From Chrysomallon squamiferum (lineage: Eukaryota; Animalia; Mollusca), in contig CM022676.1 in assembly GCA_012295275.1 (NCBI GenBank), positions 7,502,001 through 7,566,000 on the forward strand: a stretch of 64,000 nucleotides of DNA, read 5' to 3'. Below the pieces are notes generated by a model that saw only the letters and a list, made by a program, of their open reading frames with translations, was not told the DNA's origin and ran no database searches. Below, one piece after another: positions 53,153-64,000 of the stretch (its first letter is position 1; each line of letters opens with the position of its first letter). Both the position numbers and the translations under genes were made by a program.

Positions 53153-54415
53153 CTGATATTTAACACACACACACATACACATAAAATACATACATACGTA
53201 CATATATTTATCAGTATCTGAGTTAATGTCATTTAGCAACTGTGAAATCTGGGTGGAGTCAACATTATGTTTGGATGATGATTAAGTCCTGGAAAGCAGA
53301 ACAGTTGGATAATGTTCGTAATGATGTAGTGTAAGATAATTCAGTGTTAATTATTACGTGTATCACAGTGTAACAACAGGCAGATATTGTACAGCAGTAT
53401 ATATTAATACAGTGAATTTATGATTACGCTGATAGGACCAGTTTATAAATAAGATTATGATTTAATAACACTTGATTTTTATATTCTATTCCTAACCAGC
53501 TTAGACTTAGGCTTTCTCTATATAATTTGTTTATACATTAAACTTCGATAGTTTCACTCAGTGACGCAAAACAGTGTCTAGATTGAACTGGAATGAAGTA
53601 CAGTGATAATAATATTACTTAAAGTTATATCACACAATATAATAAGATACTTTACAATATAATATAATATTGCACGATATGATATCATAAAAACACAATA
53701 GAAAAAATACAGTAACTTGACAGAAACAGTATGAGGTGTTTGGGGTTAGAGTTTTTTGGTCGTCTTCTTCCATCCATGGCTGGTTTTAAACAGACTTGTA
53801 GAGATACAATATATGAAATTAAAACAAACCGTGTCATGTCACGTGGTAAGAAACAAAACTGACAAACTGCCAAATTCAAAATGGTCGCCCTTTATCTCTT
53901 TGCAACACCCAGTTTATTATGAAATATCATCTGAGAATTTGCACAAACATTTTTCATTATTAAAAATGAACGCACACACACACACACACACACAAATCTG
54001 TGTTTGTATATATATATATACACACACACACACATACACATGTAAAGATGAACATACGCACATGCACATGTATTTACTCACCTACTTACTCACAAAAAAA
54101 AAGAAAAAACACATTCAGCATACATATATACATGGATACATACTACATACATACATACATACGTACGTAAGCACTTATCTGCAAACACATTGCTATAATA
54201 TAAATAAATACATACGTACATATATACAGACAGGCATAACCTCCCAAAAAACATTACCCCCACAAATAAACCAAAAAAAAACCCCTCCAAAAACGTACTG
54301 GACAAGTATTCAAAATATAACGGGAGTAAACCTGATAAGCCGGGAAAAGTAATAATAATAATAATCATAGTAATAATAATAGTAATAGTAATAATAATAA
54401 TAATAATAATAAAAA

Positions 54416-54480
<65 letters not shown>

Positions 54481-55406
54481 GAACGAAAAGAAAAAAAGAA
54501 GAAAAATCATCCAGAGGTTGAATAACAGGTACAGGCTGAAAGCTTAGTAAATGTTATTGTGAGAAATGAGTTTTGAAAGAAAATAAGACAGAACAATAAC
54601 AAATCACTATACACACAAATAGTTTACGAAAAGTCGTTGAATATTTTGATATCAGAGACTGGAGTATGTTGAGAATGGTACAACAGATACGTCGATTACA
54701 GAAACTAATAGAAACATTGTTATTTCGCATATTTTTATATAATTATGTACGTTATAGGTGTATGAATACACACACGGATTTAGATGTATACTAAAAAAAT
54801 AAGAATACAGCATGCACGCACACACACACTCACACATTCTTATATAACCGAACAAAATAGAAAGAATATGCTACACAATAACTTGGCAGAAAGAACATTA
54901 GGTGTTTTGGGTTACATCTTTTGTGCGTCTTCTTCCATTCATGGCTGGTTTTGAATAGAGTGTAGAGTTACAAATATCACAGTAAAACGGGTCCGTCTTG
55001 TCATGACAGAACAAACTAAACTTGACAAACCGCCAAATTGAAAATGGCCGCCATTTATCTCTTTGCAGAACCCAGTTTGTTATGAAATATGACGTGAAAA
55101 TTTGGAAAAACATTTCTTATTATTAAATATGAATAAAATCGCACACACACACACACATACACACACACATATGCGAATGTACTTATATACATATGTACAT
55201 AAACGAACATACGCACATACACATATATTTACTTACCTCCTTACATAGATAGGTACATAAAAAAAAAAAAAAAAAATAATAATAATTTAAAAAAAACACC
55301 ACAAACAAACACCTTCAGCATACATACACACACATACATTCAGTGAATTTAATTTATTAATAAAATGTATAACAACCCAGAGGGTTAATTTAAATATATT
55401 TACATT

Positions 55407-55606
55407 NNNNNNNNNNNNNNNNNNNNNNNNNNNNNNNNNNNNNNNNNNNNNNNNNNNNNNNNNNNNNNNNNNNNNNNNNNNNNNNNNNNNNNNNNNNNNN
55501 NNNNNNNNNNNNNNNNNNNNNNNNNNNNNNNNNNNNNNNNNNNNNNNNNNNNNNNNNNNNNNNNNNNNNNNNNNNNNNNNNNNNNNNNNNNNNNNNNNNN
55601 NNNNNN
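55407..55606. other. Assembly gap (200 N)
   Basis: Run of exactly 200 n, typical of a fixed-size scaffolding gap. Confidence 0.98.
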
Positions 55607-58600
55607 GACGTGTTGAAAACGTGCGCGCCGTCGGGGGCGAGGTGTGTAAAAAACGTTTCCAACATTTACCAAAGGTGCTGCGTTAACCTTTGAAAATGCG
55701 TTTGAAAAAAAAATCGAGCAAATTTTCAAAAACATGTGCGTTTTTTGTGCACGTGTCGGAAACGAGTTGTTCCCCTTGGGTGGGGCGTGCGGCACTTTGA
55801 CCCGTGTCGGGCAACCCTTGCCCCACTTTTGGGTATATGCGCCCGATTTTCCCACGTGCTCGGAAAAAAGTTATTGCACTTTGAAAAAGGTACCCCTAGC
55901 ATTTTCAAGGAAACTTGAAAAATTTCGATTTTCAAAAGTTGAAAATCCGTGTGGCACTGTTCCGTTTGGTCGGGAAAAATATTTCGACGTGTGCAAAACG
56001 TGCGCGCCGTCGGGGCGAGTGTGGCAAAAACGTTTCCAACATTTACCAAAGGTGCTGCACCTTTTGAAAATGCGTTTGAAAAAAAATCGAGCAAATTTTC
56101 AAAAACATGTGCGTTTTTTGTGCACGTGTCGGAAACGAGTTGTTCCCCTTGGGTGGGGCGTGCGGCACTTTTGACCCGTGTCGGGCAACCCTAACCCCAC
56201 GGGTATGTGCGCCCGATTTTCCCCGTGCTCGGAAAAAGTTATTGCACTTTGAAAAAGGTACCCCTAGCATTTTCAAGGAAACTTGAAAAATTTCGATTTT
56301 CAAAAGTTGAAAATCCGTGTGGCACTGTTCCGTTTGGTCGGGAAAAATATTTCGACGTGTGCAAAACGTGCGCGCCGTCGGGGCGAGTGTGGCAAAAACG
56401 TTTCCAACATTTACCAAAGGTGCTGCACCTTTTGAAAATGCGTTTGAAAAAATCGAGCAAATTTTCAAAAACATGTGCGTTTTTTGTGCACGTGTCGGAA
56501 ACGAGTTGTTCCCCTTGGGTGGGGCGTGCGGCACTTTTGACCCGTGTCGGGCAACCCTTGCCCCACTTTTGGGTATGTGCGCCCGATTTTCCCACGTGCT
56601 CGGAAAAAGTTATTGCACTTTGAAAAGGTACCCCTAGCATTTTCAACGAAACTTGAAAAATTTCGATTTTCAAAAGTTGAAAATCCGTGTGGCACTGTTC
56701 CGTTTGGTCGGGAAAAATATTTCGACGTGTGCAAAACGTGCGCGCCGTCGGGGCGAGTGTGGCAAAAACGTTTCCAACATTTACCAAAGGTGCTGCACCT
56801 TTTGAAAATGCGTTTGAAAAAAATCGAGCAAATTTTCAAAAACATGTGTTTTTTTTTTGTCGGAAACGAGTTGTTCCCCTTGGGTGGGGCGTGCGGCACT
56901 TTTGACCCGTGTCGGGCAACCCTTGCCCCACTTTTGGGTATGTGCGCCCGATTTTTCCCACGTGCTCGGAAAAGTTATCACTTTGAAAAGGTACCCCTAG
57001 CATTTTCAACGAAACTTGAAAAATTTCGATTTTCAAAAGTTGAAAATCCGTGTGGCACTGTTCCGTTTGGTCGGGAAAAATATTTCGACGTGTGCAAAAC
57101 GTGCGCGCCGTCGGGGCGAGTGTGGCAAAAACGTTTCCAACATTTACCAAAGGTGCTGCACCTTTTGAAAATGCGTTTGAAAAAAAATCGAGCAAATTTT
57201 CAAAAACATGTGCGTTTTTTGTGCACGTGTCGGAAACGAGTTGTTCCCCTTGGGTGGGGCGTGCGGCACTTTTGACCCGTGTCGGGCAACCCTTGCCCCA
57301 CTTTTGGGTATGTGCGCCCGATTTTTCCCACGTGCTCGGAAAAAGTTATTGCACTTTGAAAAAGGTACCCCTAGCATTTTCAACGAAACTTGAAAAATTT
57401 CGATTTTCAAAAGTTGAAAATCCGTGTGGCACTGTTCCGTTTGGTCGGGAAAAATATTTCGACGTGTGCAAAACGTGCGCGCCGTCGGGGCGAGTGTGGC
57501 AAAAACGTTTCCAACATTTACCAAAGGTGCTGCACCTTTTGAAAATGCGTTTGAAAAAAAATCGAGCAAATTTTCAAAAACATGTGCGTTTTTTGTGCAC
57601 GTGTCGGAAACGAGTTGTTCCCCTTGGGTGGGGCGTGCGGCACTTTTGACCCGTGTCGGGCAACCCTTGCCCCACTTTTGGGTATGTGCGCCCGATTTTT
57701 CCACGTGCTCGGAAAAGTTATTGCACTTTGAAAAAGGTACCCCTAGCATTTTCAACGAAACTTGAAAAATTTCGATTTTCAAAAGTTGAAAATCCGTGTG
57801 GCACTGTTCCGTTTGGTCGGGAAAAATATTTCGACGTGTGCAAAACGTGCGCGCCGTCGGGGCGAGTGTGGCAAAAACGTTTCCAACATTTACCAAAGGT
57901 GCTGCACCTTTTGAAAATGCGTTTGAAAAAAAATCGAGCAAATTTTCAAAAACATGTGCGTTTTTTGTGCACGTGTCGGAAACGAGTTGTTCCCCTTGGG
58001 TGGGGCGTGCGGCACTTTTGACCCGTGTCGGGCAACCCTTGCCCCACTTTTGGGTATGTGCGCCCGATTTTTCCCACGTGCTCGAAAAAAGTTATTGCAC
58101 TTTGAAAAAGGTACCCCTAGCATTTTCAACGAAACTTGAAAAATTTCGATTTTCAAAAGTTGAAAATCCGTGTGGCACTGTTCCGTTTGGTCGGGAAAAA
58201 TATTTCGACGTGTGCAAAACGTGCGCGCCGTCGGGGCGAGTGTGGCAAAAACGTTTCCAACATTTACCAAAGGTGCTGCACCTTTTGAAAATGCGTTTGA
58301 AAAAAAATCGAGCAAATTTTCAAAAACATGTGCGTTTTTTGTGCACGTGTCGGAAACGAGTTGTTCCCCTTGGGTGGGGCGTGCGGCACTTTTGACCCGT
58401 GTCGGGCAACCCTTGCCCCACTTTTGGGTATGTGCGCCCGATTTTTCCCACGTCCTCGGAAAAAGTTATTGCACTTTGGAAAAGGTACCCCTAGCATTTT
58501 CAACGAAACTTGAAAAATTTCGATTTTCAAAAGTTGAAAATCCGTGTGGCACTGTTCCGTTTGGTCGGGAAAAATATTTCGACGTGTGCAAAACGTGCGC

Positions 58601-61600
58601 GCCGTCGGGGCGAGTGTGGCAAAAACGTTTCCAACATTTACCAAAGGTGCTGCACCTTTTGAAAATGCGTTTGAAAAAAAAAAAAAAATCGAGCAAATTT
58701 TCAAAAACATGTGCGTTTTTTGTGCACGTGTCGGAAACGAGTTGTTCCCCTTGGGTGGGGCGTGCGGCACTTTTGACCCGTGTCGGGCAACCCTTGCCCC
58801 ACTTTTGGGTATGTGCGCCCGATTTTTCCCACGTGCTCGGAAAAAGTTATTGCACTTTGAAAAAGGTACCCCTAGCATTTTCAACGAAACTTGAAAAATT
58901 TCGATTTTCAAAAGTTGAAAATCCGTGTGGCACTGTTCCGTTTGGTCGGGAAAAATATTTCGACGTGTGCAAACGTGCGCGCCGTCGGGGCGATGTGGCA
59001 AAAAACGTTTCCAACATTTAAAAACGTTTCCAACATTTACCAAAGGTGCTGCACCTTTGAAAATGCGTTTGAAAAAAAATCGAGCAAATTTTCAAAAACA
59101 TGTGCGTTTTTGTGCACGTGTCGGAAAAACGAGTTGTTTTGAAAAAGGGTGGGGCGTGCGGCACTTTTGACCCGTGTCGGGCATTTCGATTTTCAAAAGT
59201 TGAAAATTTTGGGTACTGTTGTGCGCCCGATTTTTCCCACGTGCTCGGAAAAAGTTATTGCACTTTGAAAAAAAGGTACAAATTTTCAAAGCATGTGCGT
59301 TTTTTGTGCACGTGTCGGAACGAGTTGTTTTGAAAAATTTCGATTTTCAAAAGTTGAAAATCCGTGTGGCACTGTTCCGTTTGGTCGGGAAAAATATTTC
59401 GCTGTTCCGTTTGGTCGGGAAAAATATTTTTCGACGTGTGCAAAACGTGCGCGCCGTCGGGGCGAGGTGGCAAAAACGTTTCCAACATTTACCAAAGGTG
59501 CTGCACCTTTTGAAAATGCGTTTGAAAAAAATCGAGCAAATTTTTTCAAAAAACATGTGCGTTTTTTGTGCACGTGTCGGAAACGAGTTGTTCCCCTTGG
59601 GTGGGGCGTGCGGCACTTTTGACCCGTGTCGGGCAACCCTTGCCCCACTTTTGGGTATGTGCGCCCGATTTTTCCCACGTGCTCGGAAAAAGTTATTGCA
59701 CTTTGAAAAAGGTACCCCTAGCATTTTCAACGAAACTTGAAAAATTTCGATTTTCAAAAGTTGAAAATCCGTGTGGCACTGTTCCGTTTGGTCGGGAAAA
59801 ATATTTCGACGTGTGCAAAACGTGCGCGCCGTCGGGGCGAGTGTGGCAAAAACGTTTCCAACATTTACCAAAGGTGCTGCACCTTTTGAAAATGCGTTTG
59901 AAAAAAAATCGAGCAAATTTTCAAAAACATGTGCGTTTTTTGTGCACGTGTCGGAAACGAGTTGTTCCCCTTGGGTGGGGCGTGCGGCACTTTTGACCCG
60001 TGTCGGGCAACCCTTGCCCCACTTTTGGGTATGTGCGCCCGATTTTTCCCACGTGCTCGGAAAAAGTTATTGCACTTTGAAAAGGGTACCCCTAGCATTT
60101 TCAACGAAACTTGAAAAATTTCGATTTTCAAAAGTTGAAAATCCGTGTGGCACTGTTCCGTTTGGTCGGGAAAAATATTTCGACGTGTGCAAAACGTGCG
60201 CGCCGTCGGGGCGAGTGTGGCAAAAACGTTTCCAACATTTACCAAAGGTGCTGCACCTTTTGAAAATGCGTTTGAAAAAAAATCGAGCAAATTTTCAAAA
60301 ACATGTGCGTTTTTTGTGCACGTGTCGGAAACGAGTTGTTCCCCTTGGGTGGGGCGTGCGGCACTTTTGACCCGTGTCGGGCAACCCTTGCCCCACTTTT
60401 GGGTATGTGCGCCCGATTTTTCCCACGTGCTCGGAAAAAGTTATTGCACTTTGAAAAAGGTACCCCTAGCATTTTCAAGGAAACTTGAAAAATTTCGATT
60501 TTCAAAAGTTGAAAATCCGTGTGGCACTGTTCCGTTTGGTCGGGAAAAATATTTCGACGTGTGCAAAACGTGCGCGCCGTCGGGGCGAGTGTGGCAAAAA
60601 CGTTTCCAACATTTACCAAAGGTGCTGCACCTTTTGAAAATGCGTTTGAAAAAAAAAATCGAGCAAATTTTCAAAAACATGTGCGTTTTTTGTGCACGTG
60701 TCGGAAACGAGTTGTTCCCCTTGGGTGGGGCGTGCGGCACTTTTGACCCGTGTCGGGCAACCCTTGCCCCACTTTTGGGTATGTGCGCCCGATTTTTCCC
60801 ACGTGCTCGGAAAAAGTTATTGCACTTTGAAAAAGGTACCCCTAGCATTTTCAACGAAACTTGAAAAATTTCGATTTTCAAAAGTTGAAAATCCGTGTGG
60901 CACTGTTCCGTTTGGTCGGGAAAAATATTTCGACGTGTGCAAAACGTGCGCGCCGTCGGGGCGAGTGTGGCAAAAACGTTTCCAACATTTACCAAAGGTG
61001 CTGCACCTTTTGAAAATGCGTTTGAAAAAATCGAGCAAATTTTCAAAAACATGTGCGTTTTTTGTGCACGTGTCGGAAACGAGTTGTTCCCCTTGGGTGG
61101 GGCGTGCGGCACTTTTGACCCGTGTCGGGCAACCCTTGCCCCACTTTTGGGTATGTGCGCCCGATTTTTCCCACGTGCTCGGAAAAAGTTATTGCACTTT
61201 GAAAAAGGTACCCCTAGCATTTTCAACGAAACTTGAAAAATTTCGATTTTCAAAAGTTGAAAATCCGTGTGGCACTGTTCCGTTTGGTCGGGAAAAATAT
61301 TTCGACGTGTGCAAAACGTGCGCGCCGTCGGGGCGAGTGTGGCAAAAACGTTTCCAACATTTACCAAAGGTGCTGCACCTTTTGAAAATGCGTTTGAAAA
61401 AAAATCGAGCAAATTTTCAAAAACATGTGCGTTTTTTGTGCACGTGTCGGAAACGAGTTGTTCCCCTTGGGTGGGGCGTGCGGCACTTTTGACCCGTGTC
61501 GGGCAACCCTTGCCCCACTTTTGGGTATGTGCGCCCGATTTTCCCACGTGCTCGGAAAAAGTTATTGCACTTTGAAAAAGGTACCCCTAGCATTTTCAAC

Positions 61601-63907
61601 GAAACTTGAAAAATTTCGATTTTCAAAAGTTGAAAATCCGTGTGGCACTGTTCCGTTTGGTCGGGAAAAATATTTCGACGTGTGCAAAACGTGCGCGCCG
61701 TCGGGGCGAGTGTGGCAAAAACGTTTCCAACATTTACCAAAGGTGCTGCACCTTTTGAAAATGCGTTTGAAAAAAATCGAGCAAATTTTCAAAAACATGT
61801 GCGTTTTTTGTGCACGTGTCGGAAACGAGTTGTTCCCCTTGGGTGGGGCGTGCGGCACTTTTGACCCGTGTCGGGCAACCCTTGCCCCACTTTTGGGTAT
61901 GTGCGCCCGATTTTTCCCACGTGCTCGGAAAAAGTTATTGCACTTTGAAAAAGGTACCCCTAGCATTTTCAACGAAACTTGAAAAATTTCGATTTTCAAA
62001 AGTTGAAAATCCGTGTGGCACTGTTCCGTTTGGTCGGGAAAAATATTTCGACGTGTGCAAAACGTGCGCGCCGTCGGGGCGAGTGTGGCAAAAACGTTTC
62101 CAACATTTACCAAAGGTGCTGCACCTTTGAAAATGCGTTTGAAAAAAAAAATCGAGCAAATTTTCAAAAACATGTGCGTTTTTTGTGCACGTGTCGGAAA
62201 CGAGTTGTTTCCCCCCTTGGGTGGGGCGTGCGGCACTTTTGACCCGTGTCGGGCAACCCTTGCCCCACTTTTGGGTATGTGCGCCCGATTTTTCCCACGT
62301 GCTCGGAAAAAGTTATTGCACTTTGAAAAGGTACCCCTAGCATTTTCAACGAAACTTGAAAAATTTCGATTTTCAAAAGTTGAAAATCCGTGTGGCACTG
62401 TTCCGTTTGGTCGGGAAAAATATTTCGACGTGTGCAAAACGTGCGCGCCGTCGGGGCGAGTGTGGCAAAAACGTTTCCAACATTTACCAAAGGTGCTGCA
62501 CCTTTTGAAAATGCGTTTGAAAAAAATCGAGCAAATTTTCAAAAACATGTGCGTTTTTTGTGCACGTGTCGGAAACGAGTTGTTCCCCTTGGGTGGGGCG
62601 TGCGGCACTTTTGACCCGTGTCGGGCAACCCTTGCCCCTTTTTTTTGGGTATGTGCGCCCGATTTTTCCCACGTCCTCGGAAAAAGTTATTGCACTTTGA
62701 AAAAGGTACCCCTAGCATTTTCAACGAAACTTGAAAAATTTCGATTTTCAAAAGTTGAAAATCCGTGTGGCACTGTTCCGTTTGGTCGGGAAAAATATTT
62801 CGACGTGTGCAAAACGTGCGCGCCGTCGGGGCGAGTGTGGCAAAAACGTTTCCAACATTTACCAAAGGTGCTGCACCTTTTGAAAATGCGTTTGAAAAAA
62901 ATCGAGCAAATTTTCAAAAACATGTGCGTTTTTTGTGCACGTGTCGGAAACGAGTTGTTCCCCTTGGGTGGGGCGTGCGGCACTTTTGACCCGTGTCGGG
63001 CAACCCTTGCCCCACTTTTGGGTATGTGCGCCCGATTTTTCCCACGTGCTCGGAAAAAGTTATTGCACTTTGAAAAAGGTACCCCTAGCATTTTCAACGA
63101 AACTTGAAAAATTTCGATTTTCAAAAGTTGAAAATCCGTGTGGCACTGTTCCGTTTGGTCGGGAAAAATATTTCGACGTGTGCAAAACGTGCGCGCCGTC
63201 GGGGCGAGTGTGGCAAAAACGTTTCCAACATTTACCAAAGGTGCTGCACCTTTTGAAAATGCGTTTGAAAAAAATCGAGCAAATTTTCAAAAACATGTGC
63301 GTTTTTTGTGCACGTGTCGGAAACGAGTTGTTCCCCTTGGGTGGGGCGTGCGGCACTTTTGACCCGTGTCGGGCAACCCTTGCCCCACTTTTGGGTATGT
63401 GCGTCCGATTTTTCCCACGTCCTCGGAAAAAGTTATTGCACTTTGAAAAAGGTACCCCTAGCATTTTCAACGAAACTTGAAAAATTGAAATTTTCAAAAG
63501 TTGAAAATCCGTGTGGCACTGTTCCGTTTGGTCGTGAAAAATATTTCGACGTGTGCAAAACGTGCGCGCCGTCGGGGCGAGTGTGGCAAAAACGTTTCCA
63601 ACATTTACCAAAGGTGCTGCACCTTTTGAAAATGCGTTTGAAATAAAATCGAGCAAATTTTCAAAAACATGTGCGTTTTTTGTGCACGTGTCGGAAACGA
63701 GTTGTTCCCCTTGGGTGGGGCGTGCGGCACTTTTGACCCGTGTCGGGCAACCCTTGCCCCACTTTTGGGTATGTGCGCCCGATTTTTCCCACGTGCTCGG
63801 AAAAAGTTATTGCACTTTGAAAAAGGTACCCCTAGCATTTTCAACGAAACTTGAAAAATTTCGATTTTCAAAAGTTGAAAATCCGTGTGGCACTGTTCCG
63901 TTTGGTC
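55607..63907. repeat. ~374-bp tandem satellite, about 22 copies
   Basis: Identical landmarks recur at 57050, 57424, 57796, 58170 and onward. Copies differ mainly in homopolymer lengths, with a scrambled zone at ~58970-59460. Confidence 0.97.
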
Positions 63908-64000
63908 ATTTCAAACGTCTAAGTCATTTCAAACAATTAGATATAAAAGTAGCAAACTGATAGATCATTTTATTTTTATCTTATGGATTGTTTCTTTCTG

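Larger units (their letters stand above)
45540..55400. repeat. Segmental duplication copy 2 (partner 24900-32160)
   Basis: Collinear with copy 1. It ends at the gap just where a plus-strand V acceptor would follow. Confidence 0.85.

Noticed and set aside
1270-55400. Numerous HT/CV/YI/poly-I/poly-Y ORFs
   Set aside because: They are translations of (CA)n, (TA)n, (AAT)n, (AG)n and (TACA)n microsatellites.
58970-59460. Higher-order or rearranged satellite variant
   Set aside because: The locally scrambled sub-repeats could equally be consensus errors, and the pattern is not repeated elsewhere in the array.
55607-63960. Long ORFs (up to 368 aa) in the terminal region
   Set aside because: They are frame-shifting translations of the 374-bp satellite on both strands, with no protein-like features.

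Overview
AT-rich, microsatellite-laden eukaryotic (animal, probably invertebrate) genomic DNA. Positions 1-55.4 kb hold a cluster of paralogous, intron-containing immunoglobulin-superfamily type I membrane receptor genes, assembled here by hand from splice sites and reading frames. The ancestral layout is leader - V-like Ig - C2/I-like Ig - V-like Ig - C2/I-like Ig - TM - four short cytoplasmic exons. Gene A (+, 4315-15859) is largely intact. Gene B (-, 17723-23838) has a dead first V exon and no tyrosine-motif tail. Gene C (-, 32227-44669) carries five tandem ~1.5-kb leader+V cassettes with mosaic, mostly amino-acid-changing differences. These sit upstream of one shared Ig-TM-cytoplasmic region encoding a consensus ITIM (VSYSVI) and ITSM (TVYYHV). 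There are also orphan V pseudo-exons and an orphan cytoplasmic tail. The cluster was built by direct and inverted segmental duplications and contains decayed Tc1, Tigger/pogo, hAT(Charlie), MULE, Penelope-like and tRNA-SINE fragments. After a 200-N scaffold gap (55407-55606), the rest of the window is a ~374-bp GC-richer, dyad-rich satellite. Almost all ORFs in the supplied track are microsatellite or satellite noise. Organism, expression and splicing pattern cannot be established from the sequence alone.
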